A stretch of DNA of 64,000 nucleotides from a virus: the IMG/VR virus record IMGVR_UViG_3300025598_000021; one strand, given 5' to 3'. The notes under the pieces were generated by a model, which saw nothing but the letters and a program-made list of their open reading frames with translations, was not told the origin of the DNA and searched no databases. Shown here in pieces: positions 20,619 through 29,762 of the stretch; position 1 is the stretch's first letter, and each line of letters begins with the position of its first letter. The position numbers were made by a program, and so were the translations under genes.

Positions 20619-21155
20619 ATGTTTAATTGGCTAAAGAAGATGTTCAATTTCAACGAATTTAATTTTAGTGCACAGCCGCTAACTCTATATTCTGCTCCAG
20701 ATTTTGATCCAAATACTCTCAAAGGAAAAGACCGACCTCTGTATGTAAAACAGGTTCTCATCGATCTTGGTTGGAAAGACTTTCAGGCCGCCGCTATGGT
20801 TGGTCAGTTCATGCAGGAGAGCTATACAGATCTTCGATGTGGAGTGTGGGGCGATAAACATACGGCTTTTGGACTGGCTCAGTGGAGAGGAGATAGGCTT
20901 GCAGATCTACAGAAGTTTGCTAATAATATCAACAGACCAATTGAAGATCTAGATACGCAGGCTCGTTTCGTACACTGGGAACTCACAAAGGGTTCTGAAA
21001 AGAGTGTAGGTTCGAAGCTCAAGAAGACTACTAATATTGACGACGCGCTGTTAATCGCTATCGCTTATGAGCGTCCACGCGGTTATACAGCTGCTCATCC
21101 TGAGAACGGTGATGGTTTTGCTAATCGCTGTAAGTATGCAAAGAGTCTAATGTGA
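20619..21155 (+). CDS. Phage tail-lysozyme-family muramidase
   Basis: AAAMVGQFMQES, FGLAQW, YERP. Confidence 0.75.
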   Translation: MFNWLKKMFNFNEFNFSAQPLTLYSAPDFDPNTLKGKDRPLYVKQVLIDLGWKDFQAAAMVGQFMQESYTDLRCGVWGDKHTAFGLAQWRGDRLADLQKFANNINRPIEDLDTQARFVHWELTKGSEKSVGSKLKKTTNIDDALLIAIAYERPRGYTAAHPENGDGFANRCKYAKSLM

Positions 21156-21162
21156 GGTCGAC

Positions 21163-21633
21163 ATGGAACTTAGTGATGTATACTTGAATAAAAAATGTGA
21201 AGAGTTCGACTTTAAAGAGCCGCCGTTCGATCCAATTGAGTTTGCTAAAGAGCTGATGGCGTTCATGTATGAAAAGAATGGTCTTGGTCTCGCTGCAAAT
21301 CAGGTAGGAGTTCCATATCGAATATTTGCCATGCGTGGCGCTCCTGAAAACTTCGTGTGCTTCAATCCTAAGATAGTGACGCACTCAAAAGATGATATCG
21401 TGCTAGAAGAGGGTTGTCTTAGCTATCCAGGATTACTCGTTAAAGTCAAGAGACCATCGATGATTCGTGTGAGATTCACTACACCTAACAGTGACACTAT
21501 CACGAGACAGTTTATTGGAATGTCTGCACGCGTATTTCAACACGAATACGACCACCTAGATGGTATTAAATTTATAGATCGTGCTAATAAATTCCATAGA
21601 GATCAGGCTATGCGAAAATGGAAAAGAAAATAA
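21163..21633 (+). CDS. def: Peptide deformylase
   Basis: GLGLAANQVG, EGCLS, QHEYDHLDG. Confidence 0.96.
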   Translation: MELSDVYLNKKCEEFDFKEPPFDPIEFAKELMAFMYEKNGLGLAANQVGVPYRIFAMRGAPENFVCFNPKIVTHSKDDIVLEEGCLSYPGLLVKVKRPSMIRVRFTTPNSDTITRQFIGMSARVFQHEYDHLDGIKFIDRANKFHRDQAMRKWKRK

Positions 21634-22061
21634 TCGTTCCAGCAAGGATCGCAGATACGGTCCTTTTAAAGAATATCGACGACGTTAGCTTCAATAAAGA
21701 GTTCCATGAAGACATATCTTACTATGAAGATTGTTTTAAAAATGGATACGACTGCTATCTGCTCATGGTAGACAGTCTACCCGCAGGAGAGCTCATTCTT
21801 AGATTCGACGAAGAAGATACTCTAGGTCTTGAGTCTTTTGCTATAGTCCCTCAGTATCGCGGTAGAGGTTATAGTAAGTTCTTATTAGACTTCGTGGATG
21901 CGTATGCCAAACAAAATTTTAAGAGAATCGTGCTAGAAGTTTCCACAGATAATAAGAAAGCTATTGACATTTACAAGAAACAAGGTTATAATATAAGTCA
22001 TACTATTATGGACTTCTATAAGTTTGGAATGAACGCTTATGTTATGGAGAAAATTCTGTGA
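21618..22061 (+). CDS. GNAT N-acetyltransferase (RimI-like)
   Basis: Acetyl-CoA motif AIVPQYRGRGYS, LEVSTDNKKAIDIYKKQGY, NAYVM. Confidence 0.85.
   Translation: MEKKIIVPARIADTVLLKNIDDVSFNKEFHEDISYYEDCFKNGYDCYLLMVDSLPAGELILRFDEEDTLGLESFAIVPQYRGRGYSKFLLDFVDAYAKQNFKRIVLEVSTDNKKAIDIYKKQGYNISHTIMDFYKFGMNAYVMEKIL
21964..21992 (+). promoter_or_regulatory. Consensus sigma70 promoter inside the GNAT gene
   Basis: TTGACA-N17-TATAAT. Confidence 0.75.
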
Positions 22062-22183
22062 AGTACTTTCCCTTTAATCAGCTAGAAGATAAACTTCAGT
22101 ACGTAGATGACTGGATCAATCTAATTCTAATTGTGTCTATTACTTATGTTTTAGTAAAGAAATTCTTAGAATGGGATAATTGA
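22058..22183 (+). CDS. Small membrane peptide (41 aa, absent from the ORF track)
   Basis: GTG start after GGAG; MKYFPFNQLEDKLQYVDDWINLILIVSITYVLVKKFLEWDN; overlaps both neighbours' stop/start codons. Confidence 0.55.
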   Translation: MKYFPFNQLEDKLQYVDDWINLILIVSITYVLVKKFLEWDN

Positions 22184-22722
22184 TGAATATATTTTATCTT
22201 AGTGAGAATCCTTTAGAAGCTGCGCAGTGGATGGTTGACAAACATGTTGTCAAGATGATCCTAGAGTCTGCGCAGCTTTTGTCTACCGCTCATCGCATAC
22301 TCGACGGTGATGAGCAAGTAGAACTATCTGAGACTGGAAGAAAAAAGAAAAGGTATAAACTCTATGACGCACGTGAACCAGTTATGTACTCAGCTACGCA
22401 CATTAATCACCCGAGTGCTGTATGGTGCAGGAGCAGCGTTGAAAATTATAATTGGCTTGTAGACCATTTCTTCGCACTCATGCAGGAATATACTTATCGC
22501 TATGACAAAGAGCATAAGTGTTATGGCGAACTGAGCTATCAGCTATCGTCTCCACCAAAGAATCTAGATAAATTTGATATGACTCCGATGCCGTCGTGTA
22601 TGGATGACAAGTATATTATATCTGCTAATCCTATCGATAACTATAGAAACTACTACAAGAACGGCAAGACGCATCTACATAAATGGAAAAGACGTGAGGC
22701 TCCTGCGTGGATTATCAACTAA
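22183..22722 (+). CDS. denV: Pyrimidine-dimer DNA glycosylase / endonuclease V family
   Basis: MNIFYL..DKHVVKMILESAQLLSTAH, THINHPSAVW, EYTYRYDKEH. Confidence 0.75.
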   Translation: MNIFYLSENPLEAAQWMVDKHVVKMILESAQLLSTAHRILDGDEQVELSETGRKKKRYKLYDAREPVMYSATHINHPSAVWCRSSVENYNWLVDHFFALMQEYTYRYDKEHKCYGELSYQLSSPPKNLDKFDMTPMPSCMDDKYIISANPIDNYRNYYKNGKTHLHKWKRREAPAWIIN

Positions 22723-23288
22723 AAGAAACTACAGTACTAGATAATATCATTCCAAAAGATCTACAAGATAAGTTTCATGATCTAGTCATGTCACAGTCTT
22801 TTAAGTTCTTAAAGGACATGTCTTATGCAGACGGCGATATTAAGTACCCGTCTTATGGTTTTAATTTGTTGTTTAAACACCCACAACATGGTATAATGTC
22901 TCCACTATATGAGACTGTCTGTGTTCCTATAGTAAACGCTCTTCTAGAAGAACTAGTTCTTAAAGTAAACGATATCTACTATACTAGAGCGTTTCTTCAG
23001 GTACCGCTCGCAGATAACTTCTACAAGGGACAAAACGGGGCCCACATAGATATTCCAGATCCGCACTACGCTTGTGTCTATTATATGAATGACTCAGATG
23101 GCGATACTATTATCTATGAACAGAATATACACGACACTCCACCAGGATCAAAACATATCGATCTAGTAGAACATAAGAGAGTAACCCCTAAGAAGGGAAG
23201 AATAGCAATATTTGATGGAGCAAGATATCACTGCTCTAGTCAGCCGAGAGAAAATTATCGTTGTATTATTAACTTTGTTCTTGTATGA
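22707..23288 (+). CDS. 2OG-Fe(II) oxygenase
   Basis: AHID..YYMNDSDGDT..FDGARYHCSS..R (HxD..H..R). Confidence 0.8.
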   Translation: MDYQLKETTVLDNIIPKDLQDKFHDLVMSQSFKFLKDMSYADGDIKYPSYGFNLLFKHPQHGIMSPLYETVCVPIVNALLEELVLKVNDIYYTRAFLQVPLADNFYKGQNGAHIDIPDPHYACVYYMNDSDGDTIIYEQNIHDTPPGSKHIDLVEHKRVTPKKGRIAIFDGARYHCSSQPRENYRCIINFVLV

Positions 23289-23500
23289 AAGGATTAAAGA
23301 TGGATGATAAGTTAGATGAAATTGCAAGACTGATGGCTCCAATCGATGAGCAGATTACTCTGTGTGAGAGCGGCAGTGAACAGATCATGCTTGCGTGTGG
23401 AATGATGCAGAGAGTAAAAGAGATATTGAACCACCACCTTGGAGTAGAAGGCGCGGCTAATATCTTAAAGGAATATGTTAACACTACAACTCTACAGTGA
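23285..23500 (+). CDS. Hypothetical protein
   Basis: Tightly packed ORF in the operon. Confidence 0.6.
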   Translation: MKGLKMDDKLDEIARLMAPIDEQITLCESGSEQIMLACGMMQRVKEILNHHLGVEGAANILKEYVNTTTLQ

Positions 23501-23507
23501 GGTTATA

Positions 23508-23912
23508 ATGAGTGCTAATTGGGTAGACGACATTTATAAGATGCACCTACACTATAAGGTACATCCAGTGATTAATGTTATGGACAAAGAGAAACTAGCA
23601 AAATTTCTAGAGTTTCGCGCTAACTTTCTACAAGAAGAGTTGAATGAGCTTAAAGAAGCCAAGTCTGCGGAAGACGTAGTAGACGCGCTTATCGATCTAT
23701 GCGTAGTGGCTATCGGCACGCTAGACGGATTTGGAGTAAACTCTTATAAAGCGTGGGACGAGGTTCTTAAGGCTAATATGAATAAGACTCCTGGAGTAAA
23801 GCCTTCACGACCTAACCCGCTTGGACTTCCAGATCTTATTAAGCCAGAGGGCTGGGTTGGACCTTCGCACGAAGGTAATCACGGACTTGTGAGTAAAATC
23901 TTCGAGGACTGA
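23508..23912 (+). CDS. MazG-like (all-alpha) NTP pyrophosphohydrolase
   Basis: FLQEELNEL..DVVDALIDL, WDEVLKANM, DLIKPEGW. Confidence 0.8.
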   Translation: MSANWVDDIYKMHLHYKVHPVINVMDKEKLAKFLEFRANFLQEELNELKEAKSAEDVVDALIDLCVVAIGTLDGFGVNSYKAWDEVLKANMNKTPGVKPSRPNPLGLPDLIKPEGWVGPSHEGNHGLVSKIFED

Positions 23913-23913
23913 G

Positions 23914-24357
23914 ATGACCGATATTCGTTATGAAATGGGTAATATAGGTGAGCTTGCAGTAGAAGAACACTTTGATTCACAGAGAACAGACGATTGGTAT
24001 GACTCTCGTAAGGATGGAATGATCAACAATATGTCCTACGAGGTCAAGACCTTTCGTCTAAATGGAAAGACTAAAGGATTTTGGATTGATAAGTCTCAAT
24101 GGAAGAAAGTAGATGGAGTAGACATTCTTATCTTTGTGAGAGTACCTGAGACTACCGATGAAAGAGCTAGAATATACGTATGTATAAATCATAAAAACTG
24201 TTGGCAAAAAGCTTATAGAAACGATGGAACCGGAGTAAGATCTTATCCATTGACAAATTGCATATATATTGGTACAATAGGTGAAGAAAGATCATTACAA
24301 CTATATGAGCATTCTGTAAAGATCTCTAAACATAAGAGGTTAATCAATGCCGCATGA
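23914..24357 (+). CDS. Hypothetical protein, PD-(D/E)xK nuclease-like
   Basis: GNIGELAV..D..YEVKT pattern. Confidence 0.5.
   Translation: MTDIRYEMGNIGELAVEEHFDSQRTDDWYDSRKDGMINNMSYEVKTFRLNGKTKGFWIDKSQWKKVDGVDILIFVRVPETTDERARIYVCINHKNCWQKAYRNDGTGVRSYPLTNCIYIGTIGEERSLQLYEHSVKISKHKRLINAA
24250..24278 (+). promoter_or_regulatory. sigma70-type promoter upstream of the modification genes
   Basis: TTGACA-N17-TACAAT. Confidence 0.65.
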
Positions 24358-24754
24358 ACGTTACTCAGTCCAAGTTCTACAAGAGTGCATAGACCTCCAG
24401 AACAAGAAGTCTAACGACTATCAGAACCCAAACTCTACTATTAAGCAGGCTGACTATTATCCAAATGGTTGTCAGACTATCTTGGATACTATCCAAGCTA
24501 AAGTTCTTCGCATGCGTTCTGTTATGGAAGCTATGCAGTATGATAAGAACTATAAACCAAACTTCGAATCACTTGAAGATTCAGCTAAAGATCTTATCAA
24601 CTACGCTTCTTTCTTTGTGACGTTCTCGCGTGGTAAGATGGAAGGTCAAGATCCTAATCGCGACTTTCTTAATAAACAAAAACAAGTAGTGTCATACACC
24701 AGCCATACTATCACGGTAACAGCTAGTAATGAGGTAGAAGATGCAGGTTGCTAG
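24347..24754 (+). CDS. Nucleotide-modification-associated all-alpha protein (DUF1599-like)
   Basis: KKSNDY..KVLRM..ESLEDSAKDLINYA. Confidence 0.65.
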   Translation: MPHERYSVQVLQECIDLQNKKSNDYQNPNSTIKQADYYPNGCQTILDTIQAKVLRMRSVMEAMQYDKNYKPNFESLEDSAKDLINYASFFVTFSRGKMEGQDPNRDFLNKQKQVVSYTSHTITVTASNEVEDAGC

Positions 24755-25391
24755 AGTCCAAGACATCAGAGAGTACTTCTACGATCAGTTAAAGAAACAA
24801 AACTTTGTAACTGATAAGACTGGTGTTAAGACTATCGAACTCATTGGCGCTAACTTCATTGCCAATGAGCCTACTATCTTTGGAGAAGTAAACGAAGATT
24901 ATATCCGTAAAGAATTGGCTTGGTATAAGTCGATGTCTCTAAACGTTAATGATCTAGAAGACACGCCTGCTATATGGAAGAAAGTAGCAGACGAAGATGG
25001 TTATATCAACTCAAACTACGGCTGGTGTATCTGGTCGCACGATAATCACTATCAATATCATAACGCGTTGAATGAGCTTAATAAGAATCCAGACTCACGC
25101 CGCGCTATCATGATCTATACAAGACCATCGATGTGGCACGACTATGACTATCACGGCATGTCAGATTTTATGTGTACTAACACCGTGCAGTATTTGATCC
25201 GTGATAATAGACTTAACGCTGTAGTTCAGATGAGATCTAACGACGTAGTCTATGGCTATCGCAATGACTACGCTTGGCAGGACTACGTATTAGACAAGAT
25301 GGCAAATGAGTTAAAAGTTGCTCGCGGCGATATTTATTGGAATGTAGGATCTCTTCATGTCTATGAAAGACACTTCGACTTGGTCATCTAA
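24741..25391 (+). CDS. gp42: dCMP hydroxymethylase (T4 gp42 type)
   Basis: INSNYGW, DFMCTNTVQYLIRD, MRSNDVVYGYRND (Asp at the dCMP/dUMP specificity position), GSLHVYERHF. Confidence 0.92.
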   Translation: MQVARVQDIREYFYDQLKKQNFVTDKTGVKTIELIGANFIANEPTIFGEVNEDYIRKELAWYKSMSLNVNDLEDTPAIWKKVADEDGYINSNYGWCIWSHDNHYQYHNALNELNKNPDSRRAIMIYTRPSMWHDYDYHGMSDFMCTNTVQYLIRDNRLNAVVQMRSNDVVYGYRNDYAWQDYVLDKMANELKVARGDIYWNVGSLHVYERHFDLVI

Positions 25392-25833
25392 GTATTTAAA
25401 TCTAGCAAAACACGTAGCGACTTGGTCTAAAGATCCATCCACTAAAATCGGCGCTGTAGCTGTAGGAGAACGCGGCCAGATACTAAGTACTGGCTATAAT
25501 GGTTTTCCTAGAAATATTGAAGACAGACCGGACAGGCTAAACGATAGAGAGTCAAAGTATAAGTACGTAGTTCACGGTGAGATGAACTGCATATATAATG
25601 CGACACTCAATGGTGTGAGTTTAAATGAAGCAGACTTATACGTGTATGGATTGCCTATATGCTCTGAGTGCGCTAAGGGTGTAATACAGGTCGGCATCAA
25701 GCGCGCTTTCATGTGCTATCCTGAGAATACAAGAGACAAGTGGAAAGACTCTTATAAGATTACTTCTGAGATGTTTAATGAAGTCGGAATATATCATGAG
25801 GTCGTGTATGAGAGCGATAGTGGTAGGAATTAA
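25357..25833 (+). CDS. cd: dCMP deaminase
   Basis: WSKDPSTKIGAV, TGYNGFPR, VVHGEMN, PICSEC. Confidence 0.9.
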   Translation: MSMKDTSTWSSKYLNLAKHVATWSKDPSTKIGAVAVGERGQILSTGYNGFPRNIEDRPDRLNDRESKYKYVVHGEMNCIYNATLNGVSLNEADLYVYGLPICSECAKGVIQVGIKRAFMCYPENTRDKWKDSYKITSEMFNEVGIYHEVVYESDSGRN

Positions 25834-26170
25834 TCCTTCTAATCATAAGACTGTCGATAAGCACTGTATTACCATAAAGCGTCTATTCAAATGGATGGAC
25901 GACTTGAATATCAAGTATTTCTCGTTCGTAAACTGTATACCAAGTCCAGGAAGATATAATAAATCTGACATCGACTACGATATGATAGACGTCTGCACGA
26001 GAGACTATAAAGTAGTACTGGCGCTTGGTAACTTTCCATCTGAAGCTTTAAACAAAATTAACGTAAAGCACTTTAAATTGCCACATCCTTCTGGGCTAAA
26101 TAGACAATTAAATGACGTCAAATATGAATTAGACATGTTGAGACAGTGCAGGAACTATATCTATGGCTAA
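25808..26170 (+). CDS. Uracil-DNA-glycosylase-fold protein
   Basis: VVGINPS, LALGN, LPHPSGLNR. Confidence 0.7.
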   Translation: MRAIVVGINPSNHKTVDKHCITIKRLFKWMDDLNIKYFSFVNCIPSPGRYNKSDIDYDMIDVCTRDYKVVLALGNFPSEALNKINVKHFKLPHPSGLNRQLNDVKYELDMLRQCRNYIYG

Positions 26171-27257
26171 AAAGATTTTAATAACTGGTTTTAATAAAGA
26201 GCAGTGCACACGCGACTACTTTCTTACCAAAGAACTTAGAATTTTAAACTCACACTACTCTCTAATTCGATGTCTAGAAGACATGGGATTCGAGGTAGAG
26301 CAGCGACCTGTAGACATCGGCGAAGACCTATCCGGATACGATCGCGTAATCATATATCTACATTCTATACAGTCGTTCTGCCAATTCTTGTATGACGGTC
26401 TATACGCTATTAAGGCTCGTCCGGACGCGATTCTAGCGTTTGATGACTGGCAGGTAGATCAGGTCATGGCGTGTTTTCCACAGTTTAAGCGTAACTTACT
26501 CGACGAAGAGAAGTATAATCCATTTAGACAATATCTACTAGATCTCTATTATGGATCTTCAGACGAAGCCACTATTCGCGCTCACAAGCAAGACTATCTA
26601 GAAAGTATAGAGCAGGTACTATCTTATCAAAACAAGTTGATGATCTGTGCCTACTCAGGCGGTGACCTAAGCAAGTTTAAACTCGGATGGTCAAGCGACA
26701 AGTTGTTCAGCTTTAATCCTAACCCCTACAATCTTAATCGTGGACCGCATAACAACTTTGGCGAAGAATCTACAGGTCTAAACGCTTTCTTTGAGGAGGA
26801 CACTCCTAAAGAGAAGATCAGGGCTTGGGTGTTCTCATCGCTGAATCACAAGAAAAACGATGCAGTTGTTAAGAAGAATAATTTTACGTGGGACGTCGCC
26901 ATGTATGGTCCACGACGTGGTGAATATAAAGCGCAGCGTCTAAAAGAACCTGATATGTGCAGAGAGTATGTAAAGCACTGGGGTTGTCTATTACCAAAAT
27001 ACTATCACGCCGGCTCAGGATGGTGGCGATCTAGAGTACAGCAGGTGGCAGACGCCGGCTCTATTCTACTATGTGACGACGTTGAAGGCGTAATCTATGG
27101 CGACGCGTATGTCGGTCTAAACATTGCAGATATAGAAAGCATGGACAACACGCAGCTAGAAAAGCTGGCTAAATATCAGCACGACTGTTTGTATGATAAT
27201 CATCCGCTAGACAAGAAAGTGCAGCGCGATGAATTGACTAAGATCTTGGAGATTTAA
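26163..27257 (+). CDS. Putative DNA glycosyltransferase (GT-B, distantly BGT-like)
   Basis: Size similar to T4 beta-glucosyltransferase; WWRSRVQQVADAGSILLCD resembles the GT-B C-terminal segment; located in the gp42 cluster. Confidence 0.55.
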   Translation: MAKKILITGFNKEQCTRDYFLTKELRILNSHYSLIRCLEDMGFEVEQRPVDIGEDLSGYDRVIIYLHSIQSFCQFLYDGLYAIKARPDAILAFDDWQVDQVMACFPQFKRNLLDEEKYNPFRQYLLDLYYGSSDEATIRAHKQDYLESIEQVLSYQNKLMICAYSGGDLSKFKLGWSSDKLFSFNPNPYNLNRGPHNNFGEESTGLNAFFEEDTPKEKIRAWVFSSLNHKKNDAVVKKNNFTWDVAMYGPRRGEYKAQRLKEPDMCREYVKHWGCLLPKYYHAGSGWWRSRVQQVADAGSILLCDDVEGVIYGDAYVGLNIADIESMDNTQLEKLAKYQHDCLYDNHPLDKKVQRDELTKILEI

Positions 27258-28457
27258 ATGAAGCACGCCGCAATCATTCCACTCATCGGTGGAGAAGCGC
27301 TAGCATCAGCGGCCGTATTTGGTAGTAGACCAGACTATATTTTAAGTTATACGCCATTTAAAAATCACGATGCGCACCTGCTTAATTATTGGGACCACGA
27401 AGTTCCATACTATCTACTAGACGAAGGTGGAAGGCATCCTCATAAAGTAGACGTCGTGTCTAGCGTGTGTCCGTGCGCCGGCCTGTCAATGTTGTCTACC
27501 GGCTATGGCGAACACAATCCAAATAATAAATGGATGTTAGAATCTGCAGAATACGTATTAGGTGAGATGCAGCCTAAAGTATTCTGGGGTGAGAACGCTC
27601 CTGCGCTCGCTGGAAAGATCGGAGAACCTATTAGAAACCAACTAATTGATATTGGTAATAAACACGGTTATACGATGACTCTCTATCGCACTAAGAGTCT
27701 TCTACACGGCGTGCCACAAGTTAGAGAGCGAACGTTCTACTTCTTCTGGAAAGGTGATAAGACACCAATTCTTAACTACTACAACGTTCCATACGATAAG
27801 ATCGAAGACGTAATATTGAGAATCAAAGCTAATTCTCAGATGGAACCTATCAATAAGAATAAGCCGAGCGAAGACCCGTATTATAAGTATCTCCTAGAAG
27901 TAGTCTATGGTGGTATCACTCATCGCGAACATTTTGATAAAATCGATCCTAATAACATATCCGTGAGAAGCTATGATTCGAAAAGTCTTATCGAAACTTT
28001 TGGCCATGATTATAGGCAAGTCGGCGCGTGGATGGAAGCAAATGGATATGAAAGAGAAGTCAGTAAGTGTGATCGTATGTTTAACAAGCTCGCATCGGGT
28101 AAAAACATCATGCGTCGCGGTACTATCGTACCGAAAGAATACATCGGTGCTTTTGTCGGTCACTACCCTACCATGCTTACGCACCCGCACGAAGACAGAT
28201 ACATAACATACAGAGAGGCGATGTCTATCATGGGTCTGCCTGAAGACTTTGAACTTCTAGACCCAAAGAAAAACTACAACCATATCTGTCAAAACGTTCC
28301 ATTTCGCACTGCAGTAGACATGGCTAAAGAAGTCAAGGCAGTACTAGAAGGTGAGAGAGAATTTGTTGACAATCGCTTAGTTTATCAGTATAATAGTAAT
28401 AGGAAACACGTGTTAGCTGATAAAAGACAGAACAGTCTAGCTGAATTTTTTAATTGA
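27258..28457 (+). CDS. C5-cytosine DNA methyltransferase-like protein with atypical motif I
   Basis: CPCAGLS (IV), GENAP (VI), GVPQVRERTF (VIII), RYITYREAMSIMGLP (IX), CQNVP (X); motif I reads IPLIGG. Confidence 0.85.
   Translation: MKHAAIIPLIGGEALASAAVFGSRPDYILSYTPFKNHDAHLLNYWDHEVPYYLLDEGGRHPHKVDVVSSVCPCAGLSMLSTGYGEHNPNNKWMLESAEYVLGEMQPKVFWGENAPALAGKIGEPIRNQLIDIGNKHGYTMTLYRTKSLLHGVPQVRERTFYFFWKGDKTPILNYYNVPYDKIEDVILRIKANSQMEPINKNKPSEDPYYKYLLEVVYGGITHREHFDKIDPNNISVRSYDSKSLIETFGHDYRQVGAWMEANGYEREVSKCDRMFNKLASGKNIMRRGTIVPKEYIGAFVGHYPTMLTHPHEDRYITYREAMSIMGLPEDFELLDPKKNYNHICQNVPFRTAVDMAKEVKAVLEGEREFVDNRLVYQYNSNRKHVLADKRQNSLAEFFN
28366..28394 (+). promoter_or_regulatory. Consensus sigma70 promoter in the methyltransferase 3' end
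   Basis: TTGACA-N17-TATAAT. Confidence 0.75.
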
Positions 28458-28464
28458 TGGAGGA

Positions 28465-28884
28465 GTGATGAGCGTCTTTAAGAATAACCCTACTATGGTA
28501 AACGGCGGAGGAACCATGATTGGATCTATAACCGCCGATGATTTATACAAGTTCGAGAACGGCAAGACATATCATGCTAGCGTTAGTTCTTCGGCTTCAG
28601 TACCAAATATCCAGTATAAATACAACGAAGGTCGTATCATTGACGACTTTCGCGCCTATATCGATAAGACATATGGGCAGCACTATATGACCGAAGACCA
28701 AAATATAGAATGTTTTGACGTGTGGCTAGCTCTCGGCGATTCAATGCCTACCTTCAGAAACACAGCTATTAAGTATCTCTGGCGCTATGGAAAGAAAAAT
28801 GGCACCAATAGAGACGACTTGATGAAAGTATTGCATTATACTCTAATGATGTTGTATGTAGACCATTACAAGAAAGGTGAATAA
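28465..28884 (+). CDS. DUF3310-like conserved phage protein
   Basis: YIDKTYGQHY, IKYLWRYGKKNG..DLMKVLHY. Confidence 0.7.
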   Translation: MMSVFKNNPTMVNGGGTMIGSITADDLYKFENGKTYHASVSSSASVPNIQYKYNEGRIIDDFRAYIDKTYGQHYMTEDQNIECFDVWLALGDSMPTFRNTAIKYLWRYGKKNGTNRDDLMKVLHYTLMMLYVDHYKKGE

Positions 28885-28887
28885 AAT

Positions 28888-29745
28888 ATGGAAATTCAGA
28901 TCCCAGTTGAAAAGTTGCGCGAACGAGGTCTCTTTGTAGCAACTCCAATGTATGGCGGACAGTGCGCCGGTATGTTTGCACGATCCGTTGCAGATCTATC
29001 TGCTCTATGTACAAAGTATGGTATTCCTCTACAGTTCTACTTCCTGTTTAATGAGTCATTGATCACGCGCGCTAGAAACTATTGCTGCGATGAATTCATG
29101 CGCTCACAGACGCAGCACATGATGTTTATTGACTCCGACATCGGCTTTAATCCACAAGACGTTATCGCTCTTATGGCGCTGCAGGCCAATGATGAAGATA
29201 AGTATGATATCATCGGCGGTCCATATCCTAAGAAGTGTATCTCTTGGGAAAAGATCAAGCACGCTGTCGATAAGGGTGTCGCTGACGAAGATCCTAACGT
29301 ACTTGAGAAGTTCGTTGGTGACTACGTCTTTAATCCTAAGGGCGATCAGCAGAGTATCCCACTCAGCGAGCCAGTCGAGGTTCTCGAGATCGGAACGGGC
29401 TTCATGATGGTCACTAAGAAAGCCATGCAGAAGTTCTACGACAGCTACAAGGACCAGTACTCATACAAGCCAGATCACGTTCGCACAGAGCACTTCGACG
29501 GCTCACGTGAGATTCTAATGTTCTTCCAGGCTGAAGTAGATCCAGCGTCTAAGCGCTATCTCTCAGAAGACTATTGGTTCTGTCAGAAAGCTCAGCAGAT
29601 CGGTCTTAAGACTTGGTTCTGTCCGTGGATGGTTCTACAACACGTTGGTACGTATATCTTCGGCGGTTCACTTGCTGATATTGCTTCTGTCGGTGCAGCT
29701 GCAACCGCTGATCCATCAAAAATTGGTGGTAAAAAGAAGAAGTAA
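28888..29745 (+). CDS. GT-A fold (GT2-like) glycosyltransferase
   Basis: ATPMYGG, ESLITRARN, MFIDSD (DxD), GTGFMM, LSEDYWFC, HVG. Confidence 0.8.
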   Translation: MEIQIPVEKLRERGLFVATPMYGGQCAGMFARSVADLSALCTKYGIPLQFYFLFNESLITRARNYCCDEFMRSQTQHMMFIDSDIGFNPQDVIALMALQANDEDKYDIIGGPYPKKCISWEKIKHAVDKGVADEDPNVLEKFVGDYVFNPKGDQQSIPLSEPVEVLEIGTGFMMVTKKAMQKFYDSYKDQYSYKPDHVRTEHFDGSREILMFFQAEVDPASKRYLSEDYWFCQKAQQIGLKTWFCPWMVLQHVGTYIFGGSLADIASVGAAATADPSKIGGKKKK

Positions 29746-29762
29746 GTGAAAGGAACTATATA

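Noticed and set aside
24741-25391. Thymidylate synthase (thyA/td) or dUMP hydroxymethylase call
   Set aside because: Asp rather than Asn at the specificity position (YRND), close match to T4 gp42 motifs, and thyX is present separately.
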